The translations under genes and the position numbers were made by a program. The notes under the pieces are model-generated. The model saw only the letters and a program-made list of their open reading frames with translations, made no database searches and was not told where the DNA came from. DNA of 63,557 bases, counting the filler. It is 9 parts of 9 records of this genome, joined end to end, with 100 filler letters (N's around TTAATTAATTAA, not from the genome) between each part and the next. Parts side by side here need not be neighbours in the genome. Positions count along the whole stretch, not along the records: positions 6,360 to 15,452 come from SRR31156797_63031; positions 15,553 to 20,692 come from SRR31156797_63038; positions 20,793 to 27,594 come from SRR31156797_63112; 6 more parts are not named here. One strand, given 5' to 3'. Each line of letters starts with the position of its first letter. The stretch's first letter is position 1. Below, in pieces: positions 11,042 through 21,016 of the stretch.

Positions 11042-12286
11042 TTACCTTCCAAGTTCTGCATGAGCTCTTGCCAGGTGGCCTGCTGACTGTGCTCCGATAA
11101 GTGATATTTCACCTGCCAGTACAGCTGAGGCTATTATCTCAGCAAGTTTTCTGGCATTAGAACCCGGAGGGGTGCCGGAGCCACTGACATTTAACATCCG
11201 CAGGCAATCGCGCTGGGTTCCAAGGTTTGTGCCGCCTCCTACTGTACCAATGGCCATTGCAGGAAGAGTTACAGCACAGTAAAGATCTCCATATTGAGTC
11301 AGTTCCATTGTGGTTATCGTACTGCTACCTTCAACCACGTGAGCAGGATCCTGGCCACAGGCAATATACATTGCAGCGATTATGTTTGCAGCATGTGCAT
11401 TGTATCCGAGAGAGCCAGCTCTGGCTGACCCGAGCAGGTTCTTGCGGTAGTTAACCTCAACCATTGTTTCAGGTTTGCATTTAAGCCGCTCCTCCACCAT
11501 TTTAGCAGGTATTGTAACATCTGCCACAGTGGTTTTACCTCTTCCAAGGATATTGTTTATTGCTGCCGGTTTTTTGTCAGTGCACATGTTACCGGAAAGA
11601 GAGACAGGAATAGCACCGAATTCATCTTCTATAAGACTCAGGACCGCATCTGTTGCGATGGTAACCATGTTCATTCCCATGGCATCTTTTGTATCATATG
11701 AGAAACGCACATGCACAGTGTTACCTGTGATAAATGCCTTAGCATCAACAAGTTCTCCAAAGCGTGTTGTTTCAGATGCCTTGGACTTCATTCGGGAGAA
11801 AACATCCGGGTCCTGCAGCCAGTCTGCAAATTCCTTGGCCTTGATCACATTCTCAAGTCTAAATACCGGAGCCCTTGTCATGATGTCCTGGAAAATACGT
11901 GCATTGGCACCACCTGAACGTGTTATAACAGAACATCCCCTGTTCACGCTGGCTACAAGAGCACCTTCTGTGGTTGCAAGCGGGATCTGGAACGTATCGT
12001 CTGCAAACTCTCCATTTACTTTAAGAGGACCTGCCACGCCAAGAGGGATCTGGATAGCCCCTATCATGTTCTCTATATTCTTCTTGCTTGCACTTTCAAC
12101 ATCAATTGAAAAGTTCTGTATATGATCAAAATTAAATTCCATCCCTTCTTCAAGCGCATATCTTCTTAACATGACTGCAGTTTCTTTGTCCGTCATGCTG
12201 TCAATTTTATGAAAAGAGATTTTTCCGGAGATTAGCGATTCCAGAAGTTCTTTTTTTTCCCTGCCAAGATCATTTCTTGATGTCAT
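11042..12286 (-). CDS. hmgA: HMG-CoA reductase, class I (NADPH)
   Basis: ENMIG, PLATTEGALVAS, DAMGMNM, GTVGGGT, GHLARAH motifs. Confidence 0.97.
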   Translation of the reverse strand: MTSRNDLGREKKELLESLISGKISFHKIDSMTDKETAVMLRRYALEEGMEFNFDHIQNFSIDVESASKKNIENMIGAIQIPLGVAGPLKVNGEFADDTFQIPLATTEGALVASVNRGCSVITRSGGANARIFQDIMTRAPVFRLENVIKAKEFADWLQDPDVFSRMKSKASETTRFGELVDAKAFITGNTVHVRFSYDTKDAMGMNMVTIATDAVLSLIEDEFGAIPVSLSGNMCTDKKPAAINNILGRGKTTVADVTIPAKMVEERLKCKPETMVEVNYRKNLLGSARAGSLGYNAHAANIIAAMYIACGQDPAHVVEGSSTITTMELTQYGDLYCAVTLPAMAIGTVGGGTNLGTQRDCLRMLNVSGSGTPPGSNARKLAEIIASAVLAGEISLIGAQSAGHLARAHAELGR

Positions 12287-12582
12287 AATTATCTCTCGTT
12301 AGCAAAATAAGTAGCACTATGCATATCTTTTTAATAAGCCGAACTTGTTCACAATGATACAAATAGTTCACGCCCAATCGTTTTTTTTCAGGGACAATGT
12401 GAACTATTAGAGCGAATAAATTAAATACGTGATTTTTTATATTAGAATAACATAATAAACAGTATTCGGAAAAGTTGCAATGATAATTATCTTATACTTT
12501 TCAATCAAATTAGATACTGATCGCTGTATGAACAAGAAGTTTGGGAATACAATTTATTTAAAACATTAACAGGTGGTTTAAT

Positions 12583-13311
12583 ATGACAGATGCTGACCCA
12601 TCAGAGAGAGTTGAATCAGGGATACCCGGTCTTGACGAGATGTTGCGCGGAGGATTCTTTAAAGGAACTGCAAATGTCGTATCGGGAAAGTCCGGTACAG
12701 GTAAAACGATATTTGGAACACAGTTCATAGCAGAGGGAGCCAAAAATGGCGAAAAAGTAATGTGTATTATTACCTCAGAAGAATCAAAATCCATTGTCAG
12801 AGAAATGAAAACATCTTTTGACTTGAATCTTGAGGAATATGTGGAACAGGGTCTGCTAACCTTTGTCGATATTACCGATCCAAGTCTTCGCCTCCAGAAA
12901 AGTGTGGAGATCGCACCTTCAGAACTTATCAAAAGCTTTAAGAAACTGGTGGAAAGCAAGATTGAAGACATACAGCCAACCCGCATATTCATTGATTCCG
13001 TTGAAGCTCTTTTCCTTGCAATTGAATCAAACTACAAGCTAAGAACACTTATAGATGATGTTTTCAGCGTGTTCCGCAAGCATGACGTAACCTCTGTGAT
13101 AACAGTAGGAGCAATGTTCGGACTTGATGAAATGGTAGAATATGGAGCTGATTCTGTAATTAAGCTTGACCGTATTATTGCCGGAAATAACCTTCAGCGT
13201 TCAATTTACATTATGAAAATGAGAGGTTCAGGAACAATAAATGAAGTTCGTGTGCTTAATATTTCAGACAACGGAATGGGTGTACTCGCACAGTCTCCAT
13301 ATCTTGATTAA
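12583..13311 (+). CDS. KaiC/RAD55-like single-domain RecA-fold ATPase
   Basis: SGIPGLDEML, GKSGTGKT, SEE, IFIDS, KMRG. Confidence 0.9.
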   Translation: MTDADPSERVESGIPGLDEMLRGGFFKGTANVVSGKSGTGKTIFGTQFIAEGAKNGEKVMCIITSEESKSIVREMKTSFDLNLEEYVEQGLLTFVDITDPSLRLQKSVEIAPSELIKSFKKLVESKIEDIQPTRIFIDSVEALFLAIESNYKLRTLIDDVFSVFRKHDVTSVITVGAMFGLDEMVEYGADSVIKLDRIIAGNNLQRSIYIMKMRGSGTINEVRVLNISDNGMGVLAQSPYLD

Positions 13312-13352
13312 ACAGTGGCATCAAAAACCACTGCCTTCTTTTTTTGATTTCC

Positions 13353-14042
13353 TTAAACCAGATACCAGTCATTATCGTTGATATCATCCTGGTTAATTTT
13401 GTCATCCTTAACTGAATTTAAAGGAGCAATACCTGCAGTTTCCGAGATAGCATCTGAAAAATCCTGAAGATAGCTTTTCTGGTTAAGACTTCCGTATATG
13501 AATTTCTTTCCAGGCTGAACATGAGAAGCGATGGTTTTCTCTTTTGGCACTATTTTTACATCAACTCCTGACATCTCAACTGCCAGCTCCATGGCTTTTC
13601 TGAAGTCACCAATACAATAAGCAATACGACGTTTGTAATTGTCACGGGTCTTTTTAAGATACTCTGAAAGCCTCTGACTCTCAATTTTTATGAAATCACG
13701 TTTCACCTTTGCTACATTGCATTTTCCAAGCATGAACTGATAATCCATAAAGGGGTACTCCGTATCCAGTTCCCTGGGAGTTATGCCACATGTTCCAAAA
13801 ACAACTACATGTACCTGCCCGGGGTCAAGTATGTCAAAGATCACACTGTCAAATATCTTATGAGAAGGACTTTCATGATATGGTTTTTTCTTTGCACAGG
13901 GAACAAATATGCAGACATCACGTACAGGAGGCTTATATTCTGAAAGTATCCACTCGTTTGCCCGCATCATATCAGGATGATAAATTACTTCATCAGTATC
14001 CAGTGGAAGACTGGAACGCTCATCTTCAGGTATTATTGTCAA
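13353..14042 (-). CDS. DUF5591-like protein (related to an archaeosine synthase ArcS domain)
   Basis: FVPCAKKKPYHESPSH and GITPRELDTEYP motifs. Confidence 0.7.
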   Translation of the reverse strand: MTIIPEDERSSLPLDTDEVIYHPDMMRANEWILSEYKPPVRDVCIFVPCAKKKPYHESPSHKIFDSVIFDILDPGQVHVVVFGTCGITPRELDTEYPFMDYQFMLGKCNVAKVKRDFIKIESQRLSEYLKKTRDNYKRRIAYCIGDFRKAMELAVEMSGVDVKIVPKEKTIASHVQPGKKFIYGSLNQKSYLQDFSDAISETAGIAPLNSVKDDKINQDDINDNDWYLV

Positions 14043-14155
14043 GGAAGGGAGAATTCTGGCAAACTATATATATAATTGACGCAATCTTTAATCGGTTTTG
14101 TGTAAATCGCACAACAAAGGTATTTTAAATATTCAATGATTGCGAGGGAAAAAAC

Positions 14156-14527
14156 ATGGCAAGTTCTATACCTGAAATGCTAAGAGCCGAATGTAAATGT
14201 GAAGACATGGCAAAGTGTGTACTCGGTCTGAAGGAGCTTGACATTAATACCTATAAAACCCTGCTGGAACATGGTGCCCTTACAGCAGAAAATCTGGGTG
14301 AAATCCTTGGACGTGAGCGTAGTACAGCATATCGTTCGTTGCAAAATCTTATTTCTGCCGGTCTTGTATACAGAGAAACTAAATCAATATCAATTGGCGG
14401 ATATTACTACGAATACGTAGCCATTGAGCCGGTTGTGGTCAAAGAAATGATCAGGAAAACAATTGATCAGTGGTACCAGAAAATGAATGATCTTATTGAG
14501 AACTTTGATAAAGAACTTCTTACATAA
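14156..14527 (+). CDS. TrmB-like HTH transcriptional regulator
   Basis: RERSTAYRSLQNL...GGYYYEY motif. Confidence 0.85.
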   Translation: MASSIPEMLRAECKCEDMAKCVLGLKELDINTYKTLLEHGALTAENLGEILGRERSTAYRSLQNLISAGLVYRETKSISIGGYYYEYVAIEPVVVKEMIRKTIDQWYQKMNDLIENFDKELLT

Positions 14528-14663
14528 AATTATATCTTTTGATTTTCTTTTGAATTATGCATTCTTAAAGGTATAAGTGGGAGCAACCTGCTTAAAATCA
14601 CTTTAAAGCAAAAGTTTTAGATAGTGATTCCAGATAACAACACGCTCCCGAATACATAAATGC

Positions 14664-15452
14664 TCAGTGTGTCACTACATCAAATGGGATATTAAAGGTG
14701 AATTTGCTACCTTTTCCAGGCTGGCTTTCAACCACAATCTCGCCTCCGTGCATTTCCACAAACTTTTTGACAAGGGAGAGCCCAAGACCCGTACCATCAT
14801 ATTTGCGGGACATAGTTGAATCTACTTGTTTGAAAGGAAGGAATAATGAATCAATGTTCTCCGACTGTATGCCTATTCCAGTATCAACAACTGAGAAAGT
14901 AGCCATCTCCTCATTTTCATGTGCCTCCAGCAAAACATGTCCTCCTTCTGGAGTGAATTTCACAGCATTATTTGCAAGATTGAACAGAATTTGTTTTAAA
15001 CGTATTTTGTCTGCATTTATCAGCATGTTCTCAGAATCAATAGAAGTCTCAATTCTGATGTTCTTCTTTCTTGCCAGTGGGGAAACGATATTCATAACAT
15101 TGCCTAAAATATCCTTTACGCGGAACTCTTCATAATGCAATTCCATCTTTCCGGATTCCACTTTTGATATATCCAGAATGTCATTTATTAGTTTTAAAAG
15201 ATGTTTGCCGCTGCTTGAAACATGATTTAAGCATTTATTTTGATCTTCAGAAAGTTCTCCAAAGGTGCCTTCAAGTAAAAAATCAGAGTAGCCTATGATG
15301 GCATTCAAAGGAGTACGAAGTTCATGGCTCATGGTTGCAAGGAACTCACTTTTAGTCCTGTTTGCCTCTTCAGCAGTAACCTTTGAATTAATGACAGCCT
15401 CTTCAGCCTCTTTTCTTTCAGATATATCCTGGAAGTTCTCCAGGATGAACTG
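14664..15452 (-). CDS. PAS-type sensor histidine kinase (5' truncated at gap)
   Basis: EFLATMSHELRTPL H-box, NAVKFT, DTGIG, GTGLGL. Confidence 0.92.
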   Translation of the reverse strand, partial: QFILENFQDISERKEAEEAVINSKVTAEEANRTKSEFLATMSHELRTPLNAIIGYSDFLLEGTFGELSEDQNKCLNHVSSSGKHLLKLINDILDISKVESGKMELHYEEFRVKDILGNVMNIVSPLARKKNIRIETSIDSENMLINADKIRLKQILFNLANNAVKFTPEGGHVLLEAHENEEMATFSVVDTGIGIQSENIDSLFLPFKQVDSTMSRKYDGTGLGLSLVKKFVEMHGGEIVVESQPGKGSKFTFNIPFDVVTH

Positions 15453-15551
15453 NNNNNNNNNNNNNNNNNNNNNNNNNNNNNNNNNNNNNNNNNNNNTTAA
15501 TTAATTAANNNNNNNNNNNNNNNNNNNNNNNNNNNNNNNNNNNNNNNNNNN

Positions 15552-16083
15552 NCCCCCAGGCCGAACCTTCGGCAGCAACAAAAACGATATCCGAATTTCG
15601 CGGATCGATTACAATTCCACCAATCTGACGACTTTCTTTTAAGCCCATATTTTTAAATGACTTCCCGCCATCGAGCGATTTATACACACCATCGCCATAA
15701 CCAAGGGCTCGCTGGTGGTTGTTCTCACCAGTACCTACCCACACCACATTCGGGTTATTCGGATCTAATTCTACATCAGCAATGGAATACGAACCGTACT
15801 TATCAAAAACCGGTTTCCAGGTTGTTCCGTTGTTAGTGGTTTTCCATAAGTTACCCGAGGCAACAGCCACATAATATTCCTTATGGTTTCCTGGATTAAC
15901 GGCAAAATCTGCAATACGACCGCTCGCCCACGCCGGGCCAATACTACGCCACTTTAAACCACTTACCAAACCAGAATTGATAAAAGGTTTTGATTCCTCT
16001 TTCTTTTCTTCTTCCTTCTTGTTTGCAACAACTACTGTGGAAGCAAGAAACACAGCAGCCAGAAATAGCACGAGTTTTTTCAT
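15552..16083 (-). CDS. VPS10/BNR-repeat glycosyl-hydrolase-like protein, N-terminus (truncated)
   Basis: Signal peptide, WRSIGP...GRI, Asp-box repeats KTTNNGTTW and KSLDGGKSF. Confidence 0.88.
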
Positions 16084-16279
16084 AATTACCTTTTAAAAAC
16101 AAAATTCCTATGGCACATATTTATGCACATAGCAATCCTGACTATATTATTTTTTTGTTGAAGTTCAAGTTTGAATCAGCTTTGAAATAAGCCGCTTAAA
16201 ATAATAATTATTGAGTTTGGGAAAGAGGATATATGTCAGTTTAAAAAAGCAAATAATATTTGTAAAAGAAGAGCTCCAT

Positions 16280-17887
16280 TCAAACGGCGTTGTCTGCCAT
16301 TTCGTTAACAGTTTTATCCATTCTTTTTGCCAACTCCAGTGCCTCCTGAATAATTTTGCCGGGATAGTTATTTATTTCCAGAATCCTAATGGCATTGCGG
16401 TTTTCCAGTTTTCCCTTTTTTAGTTTATAGTCAAAATCAACTGATCGATTTTCTACGTTTTCACTAAAGTGATATAAATCATAGCTTTCTGATAATAGCT
16501 CAGCCAATTCAATATCATGAGTTGAAACAACAACAATATTTTTATTCTCATTCAAAAATGAGAGGACAGCTTTACCCGCAGAAATTCGTTCAACCGTATT
16601 GGTTCCTTTAAATATTTCGTCGAGCAAAAACAGGTTAGGACAATCTTCCTGCCCGCTGTCTAACATTGATTTTATTGTCGTCACTTCTTCAAAATAATAA
16701 CTTCTGTTATTGAGTAAATCATCGCTGATCCGAATAGCTGAAAACAACCTCATTTTTGGCATTACGAACTTTTCTGCAAAGCAGGTATTCAATGTTAATC
16801 CAGTTAGTACATTTACACCAATTGCTCTAATAAAAGAAGTTTTACCAGACATGTTTGATCCGGTAAGAAGAATTGATTTATTGCGGATACTAATATCATT
16901 TTCGACACAATCGTGTATTAAAGGATGATAGATTTCAGATGCTGAAATCGTTTGTTCCTTACAGATTATTGGTATACAGAAATGCGGATTTCCTGATCGA
17001 AGAGAAGCGGTTGAAACAAGCGCATCTATTTTGCCTACAAAACAAAATAATTCGTCTATTTCCTTTCTTTTTGCATCCAGCTTTTTTAAGGTTCCAAACA
17101 ACAAAAGTGGTTCAACAAGAAATAGAATTTTCAATAACTCAATAATTCCCCATGCCAATGCTGCCATATCGCCTGCTGTTTTAGCCTCCATATTAAAAAA
17201 TATTAACCTGGTTTTAATATTCTTTAATTCTTTCAGCGCTTGAGGTACAGTCGATTCAATTCTCCCCAGATGCTTATCATTAGCCAGTTCCTCAGCAACA
17301 TTTATTAATCTCAATAATTGAGGAATAGAAACCAGGTATTGATAAAGGTTGTTCTTATTCCAGAAATGGATAAGCATATTAAGGATAAAAACACCTAGTA
17401 AAACAAGAAATATCTGTTGATTGACAAAAAGTAATAGAATTGATAAAATAGCAGTAAATGACAATACCCTAATAATAAAAAACCACTTTGGAGCTTTCAG
17501 TTGTGTTTCCTGAAAAAGAGATGTAATGTAATAAGCTTCAAAGCTATTAAGTTTTAATAATTTTTTCTGAACAGAAAGCCTTAGTTCCTTGCTATTAATA
17601 AAAGATTGAATTATACTCTCTTCATCTTTCAAAGAGGAATGGGGTATTGTCCGTAACTTGTAATATAAATACTGTTGTCCAACCTTTGAATTTGTTCGAT
17701 CTAAATACTTAAACAATTCATGCAAATCCAGATCATTACAAGTTTTTTCTGAAATAACCTGAAAAGCATTGCTATTATCTTTACCACGAAAATATTTACT
17801 TATCAGGTCAAAATCAAAATCCTCATTTTTTTGTTTCCCAAACGAGCGAACGAGCTCCTGTGTTATTTTCTTTTGATTGCTGAACAT
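16280..17887 (-). CDS. MutS domain V ATPase protein (MutS-related, with hydrophobic segments)
   Basis: LTGSNMSGKTS, LLDEIFKGTN, STHD; no mismatch-binding domain. Confidence 0.88.
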   Translation of the reverse strand: MFSNQKKITQELVRSFGKQKNEDFDFDLISKYFRGKDNSNAFQVISEKTCNDLDLHELFKYLDRTNSKVGQQYLYYKLRTIPHSSLKDEESIIQSFINSKELRLSVQKKLLKLNSFEAYYITSLFQETQLKAPKWFFIIRVLSFTAILSILLLFVNQQIFLVLLGVFILNMLIHFWNKNNLYQYLVSIPQLLRLINVAEELANDKHLGRIESTVPQALKELKNIKTRLIFFNMEAKTAGDMAALAWGIIELLKILFLVEPLLLFGTLKKLDAKRKEIDELFCFVGKIDALVSTASLRSGNPHFCIPIICKEQTISASEIYHPLIHDCVENDISIRNKSILLTGSNMSGKTSFIRAIGVNVLTGLTLNTCFAEKFVMPKMRLFSAIRISDDLLNNRSYYFEEVTTIKSMLDSGQEDCPNLFLLDEIFKGTNTVERISAGKAVLSFLNENKNIVVVSTHDIELAELLSESYDLYHFSENVENRSVDFDYKLKKGKLENRNAIRILEINNYPGKIIQEALELAKRMDKTVNEMADNAV

Positions 17888-17959
17888 AAAATTTTTCTGC
17901 TTTACTTAAACTAACCGGTAAACCAGATTCTAAGTTGGGAATTAAACTGATAATTGATT

Positions 17960-18709
17960 CTAAAAATGAAGCACTCCTTTCAGGTTCTTATAGCCTGTTT
18001 TACTCACTTTCAGCTTTGTTTTATCGTGAAGGATTACAATGTAAGATTCCTTTTCATATTGTTGAATCTCGGCAATCTCGTCAACTTTTACAATGTAACT
18101 GCGATGTATACGAACAAAGTTCTTAGGGTCGAGTGCACTTTCGAAGTATTTCATTGTCTTTTGTTTCATCCAGCGACCCTCGGTGGTATAAATCATCACA
18201 TAGTCGTCCATCGATTCAATATAACGAACAGCATCAACCGGGGCAATGTGTATTTTATGGCGATCTTTAACCACTACCCTGTCGAGGTATTCCTCTTTTG
18301 GGAAATCACTTACACGTTCCGCAACATCCGATTCTTTTCCATCTTTTTGGATACGCTCAACTACTTTATCAATCGCCTCAACCAGTCTGTCTTTCGAATA
18401 AGGCTTAAGAAGGTAATCGGCGGCATTATAATCGAAAGCTTTTAATGCGTATTGATCGTAAGCCGTTGCAAAAATAATTTGAGGTTTATGGTCCAGGAGC
18501 TCAAGCATTTCGAATCCGGTAATTTTAGGCATTTGAATATCCAGAAATACAAGCTCCGGTTTAAGTTCGTTGATTTGTTTTACTCCTTCAAAGCCATTTT
18601 CACATTCGGCAATTAACTCAACCGACTCATTATCTGCCAGAAAAGATTTCATTAGATTGCGAGCCAGTTCTTCATCTTCAACTATAATCGTGCGTAATTT
18701 TTCAGACAT
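17960..18709 (-). CDS. LytTR family response regulator
   Basis: Receiver FLDIQMP, DYLLKP; LytTR FVRIHRSYIV. Confidence 0.96.
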   Translation of the reverse strand: MSEKLRTIIVEDEELARNLMKSFLADNESVELIAECENGFEGVKQINELKPELVFLDIQMPKITGFEMLELLDHKPQIIFATAYDQYALKAFDYNAADYLLKPYSKDRLVEAIDKVVERIQKDGKESDVAERVSDFPKEEYLDRVVVKDRHKIHIAPVDAVRYIESMDDYVMIYTTEGRWMKQKTMKYFESALDPKNFVRIHRSYIVKVDEIAEIQQYEKESYIVILHDKTKLKVSKTGYKNLKGVLHF

Positions 18710-19760
18710 CTTTATTCAAATTTTGAGGAATGGTTAAAGTTACTGTAAATTCGTTTTTCTTGTCTTCTATTTTTAATAAATGTGGATTCCCATAAATCAC
18801 CTGAAGGCGGTCGCGTATATTTCGCAACCCAATTCCCTCACCTTTTTTACTTACCACATTTTTATCGTAAGTATTGCTTATGGTTACCTCTAAAAGTCCG
18901 TTAACACTTCGGCAATGAGTTATAACATCAATAGGTTCTGTTGCTTCGTAAACGCCATATTTTATCGCATTTTCGTACAAAGGCTGTAATATCATGTTCG
19001 GAATCTCAGCATTTAAACATTCTTCTTCAATGGCAAATACCGGATGAAGTTTTTTACCGAAACGGACCTTTTCAATGCTCAGGTAAAGTTTGTTATTGTC
19101 TATTTCCTGTTTAACCTTCACCTTTTCATCCTGATCGTGTTTTAGCGAGTAACGCATAAGTTGCGAAAGGTTTATAACCATTTCCTGTGCTTTGCCCGGA
19201 TCGGTCATGGTGAGTGATGAGATGCTATTTAAACTGTTAAAAAGAAAATGCGGATTGATCTGTGATTTCAAGGCATGTAATTCAGCTTCCTTCACCAACT
19301 CTTTTAGTTTTGCTTCATTCTGTGTTTTTTCTTTAAAGGCCAGATAATAATTTACGGCATAAAAAAAGGCAACGTTAAAGATATAAAGCAAATAACCATT
19401 ATAAAGCCCGGTTAGCAATTTGTACTCCTCTTCCAATTGACCAGGATTTACCAACTTTACAATTACTATTCCCACATACAACCAAATAAACACGATTATG
19501 GTTGCAGCAATAACATGTGCCAAAACAATACGCCCGGTGCTGTTATCTTCAAGCGTACTAAACTTAATTACATACCAGATTGCAGCACCTATAACTCCAA
19601 ATAAAAAGGTAAATGCAAAACGCTGCGACATTGCATCGGCAAAAGAGCTTTCACCAAGTGTTACCCCCAGCACAACCAATGCCAGTGCCAATACAAGCCA
19701 AAAAGCTGCATAAGCTATACCTAACCTTGGATTGGTAAAAAAAGGATGCCGGTAATCCAT
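18702..19760 (-). CDS. LytS-like sensor histidine kinase
   Basis: N-terminal TM helices; LKSQINPHFLFNSLN, LQPLYENAIKYG, GIGLRN. Confidence 0.95.
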   Translation of the reverse strand: MDYRHPFFTNPRLGIAYAAFWLVLALALVVLGVTLGESSFADAMSQRFAFTFLFGVIGAAIWYVIKFSTLEDNSTGRIVLAHVIAATIIVFIWLYVGIVIVKLVNPGQLEEEYKLLTGLYNGYLLYIFNVAFFYAVNYYLAFKEKTQNEAKLKELVKEAELHALKSQINPHFLFNSLNSISSLTMTDPGKAQEMVINLSQLMRYSLKHDQDEKVKVKQEIDNNKLYLSIEKVRFGKKLHPVFAIEEECLNAEIPNMILQPLYENAIKYGVYEATEPIDVITHCRSVNGLLEVTISNTYDKNVVSKKGEGIGLRNIRDRLQVIYGNPHLLKIEDKKNEFTVTLTIPQNLNKDV

Positions 19761-19761
19761 T

Positions 19762-20487
19762 TTACATGTATTTTACTTCTACACCACCAAAGGCAGCAAA
19801 TCCTTTTATGATAAGAGTTTTTGAAGGATCAGAAACAATTTGATTTAAGGAGCCCCCTCGTTTGTCAGTAAAAGCACCAAAAATAGCAGTTACCTCATTT
19901 TTAACGGTCCAGTCGGGAGGCACTTTAAAACCGCAACCACCAAACATTGCTAAGGAGTCTATAACAGCTCCGTTTGGCGATAGTTTAGCCTGACGAAGGT
20001 CATATTCTGTTCCACCAAAAACAGAAGTACATTTTCCACCGTAAAAATTCTGAGAATCGATATAAACCTCTCGTCCACCGAAAATTACAAAGTCATCAAA
20101 ATAGTCCATTCCCTGTTGTTGCGACTGGCTCTGTTCAAAATGTATCGGTTCTTTTTTGTGCCGACCGGTTTGTGTTACCAATATGGCCACACCAACCCCA
20201 ATAATTAAAATTGGCCAACCAACTCTTCTTAGTTCGTATGGAATATGAGCAACTTCCGGAACAAGGAAAAAACCGCCGATGACAATAAGAATTGTACCTG
20301 TTGTTTTGTTTCCTCCAATAATTGAGAATATTCCAATTCCGATAAGCAACATTTGCCACGAAATAAGAATATCGTTCCAGAATGATGGAATCAGATCCAA
20401 TCGTTCAAAGATCCATAAGGCACCTACAACGATTAGGAATAAGCCTAAAAAAGCTCTTCTGTTCGTATTCTCCGGTTTATTATGCAT
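19762..20487 (-). CDS. LiaF-related cell-envelope stress membrane protein
   Basis: Four N-terminal TM helices plus repeated FGG motifs; coupled to the kinase gene. Confidence 0.85.
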   Translation of the reverse strand: MHNKPENTNRRAFLGLFLIVVGALWIFERLDLIPSFWNDILISWQMLLIGIGIFSIIGGNKTTGTILIVIGGFFLVPEVAHIPYELRRVGWPILIIGVGVAILVTQTGRHKKEPIHFEQSQSQQQGMDYFDDFVIFGGREVYIDSQNFYGGKCTSVFGGTEYDLRQAKLSPNGAVIDSLAMFGGCGFKVPPDWTVKNEVTAIFGAFTDKRGGSLNQIVSDPSKTLIIKGFAAFGGVEVKYM

Positions 20488-20588
20488 AGTTAAAATTTTT
20501 ACTGTCCTAAATATATTATTGTCCCTGATAAATACATTCTGTTTTATACTTAATTTTCCAACACTTTTATGTTAGCGTTTGGTAAAAC

Positions 20589-20692
20589 TCACAAAAGCCT
20601 TGAGACCAATGCAATTCCAATTGCGATTAAAATCAATGGAAAAAGAAAAAGGAATGTGGCTCCTGTAAGAAAAAACAACTTTGGCAATAAAA
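20589..20692 (-). CDS. C-terminal fragment of a membrane protein (LiaF-TM-like)
   Basis: Reads ...LLPKLFFLTGATFLFLFPLILIAIGIALVSRLL*. Confidence 0.55.
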
Positions 20693-20792
20693 NNNNNNNN
20701 NNNNNNNNNNNNNNNNNNNNNNNNNNNNNNNNNNNNTTAATTAATTAANNNNNNNNNNNNNNNNNNNNNNNNNNNNNNNNNNNNNNNNNNNN

Positions 20793-20930
20793 AACGATCT
20801 TGTGGACGAGCATGTGGTTCTGTCGGCCGGCAAGAGCTGCTCTCCCGATCCAGAGAATGTGGAAGCCTATGAGAAGGTGTATGCCGAGTATACCCGCTAT
20901 GTAGAGGCCCTCAGCGCTTTGTTCAGTTAG
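20793..20930 (+). CDS. C-terminal fragment of an FGGY-family sugar kinase (xylulokinase-like)
   Basis: Reads ...PDPENVEAYEKVYAEYTRYVEALSALFS*. Confidence 0.6.
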   Translation, partial: NDLVDEHVVLSAGKSCSPDPENVEAYEKVYAEYTRYVEALSALFS

Positions 20931-21016
20931 TTTCGAAAGCGGACGATTCCTCAGGTCGTCCGCTTCTTTGTAGCCGTAACTTCCGATCGCAGGATGTTCC
21001 ATGATTTCTCCGGAAA

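Noticed and set aside
12583-13311. KaiC-like ATPase as a circadian clock
   Set aside because: Single domain and no kaiA or kaiB; such paralogues are common in archaea.
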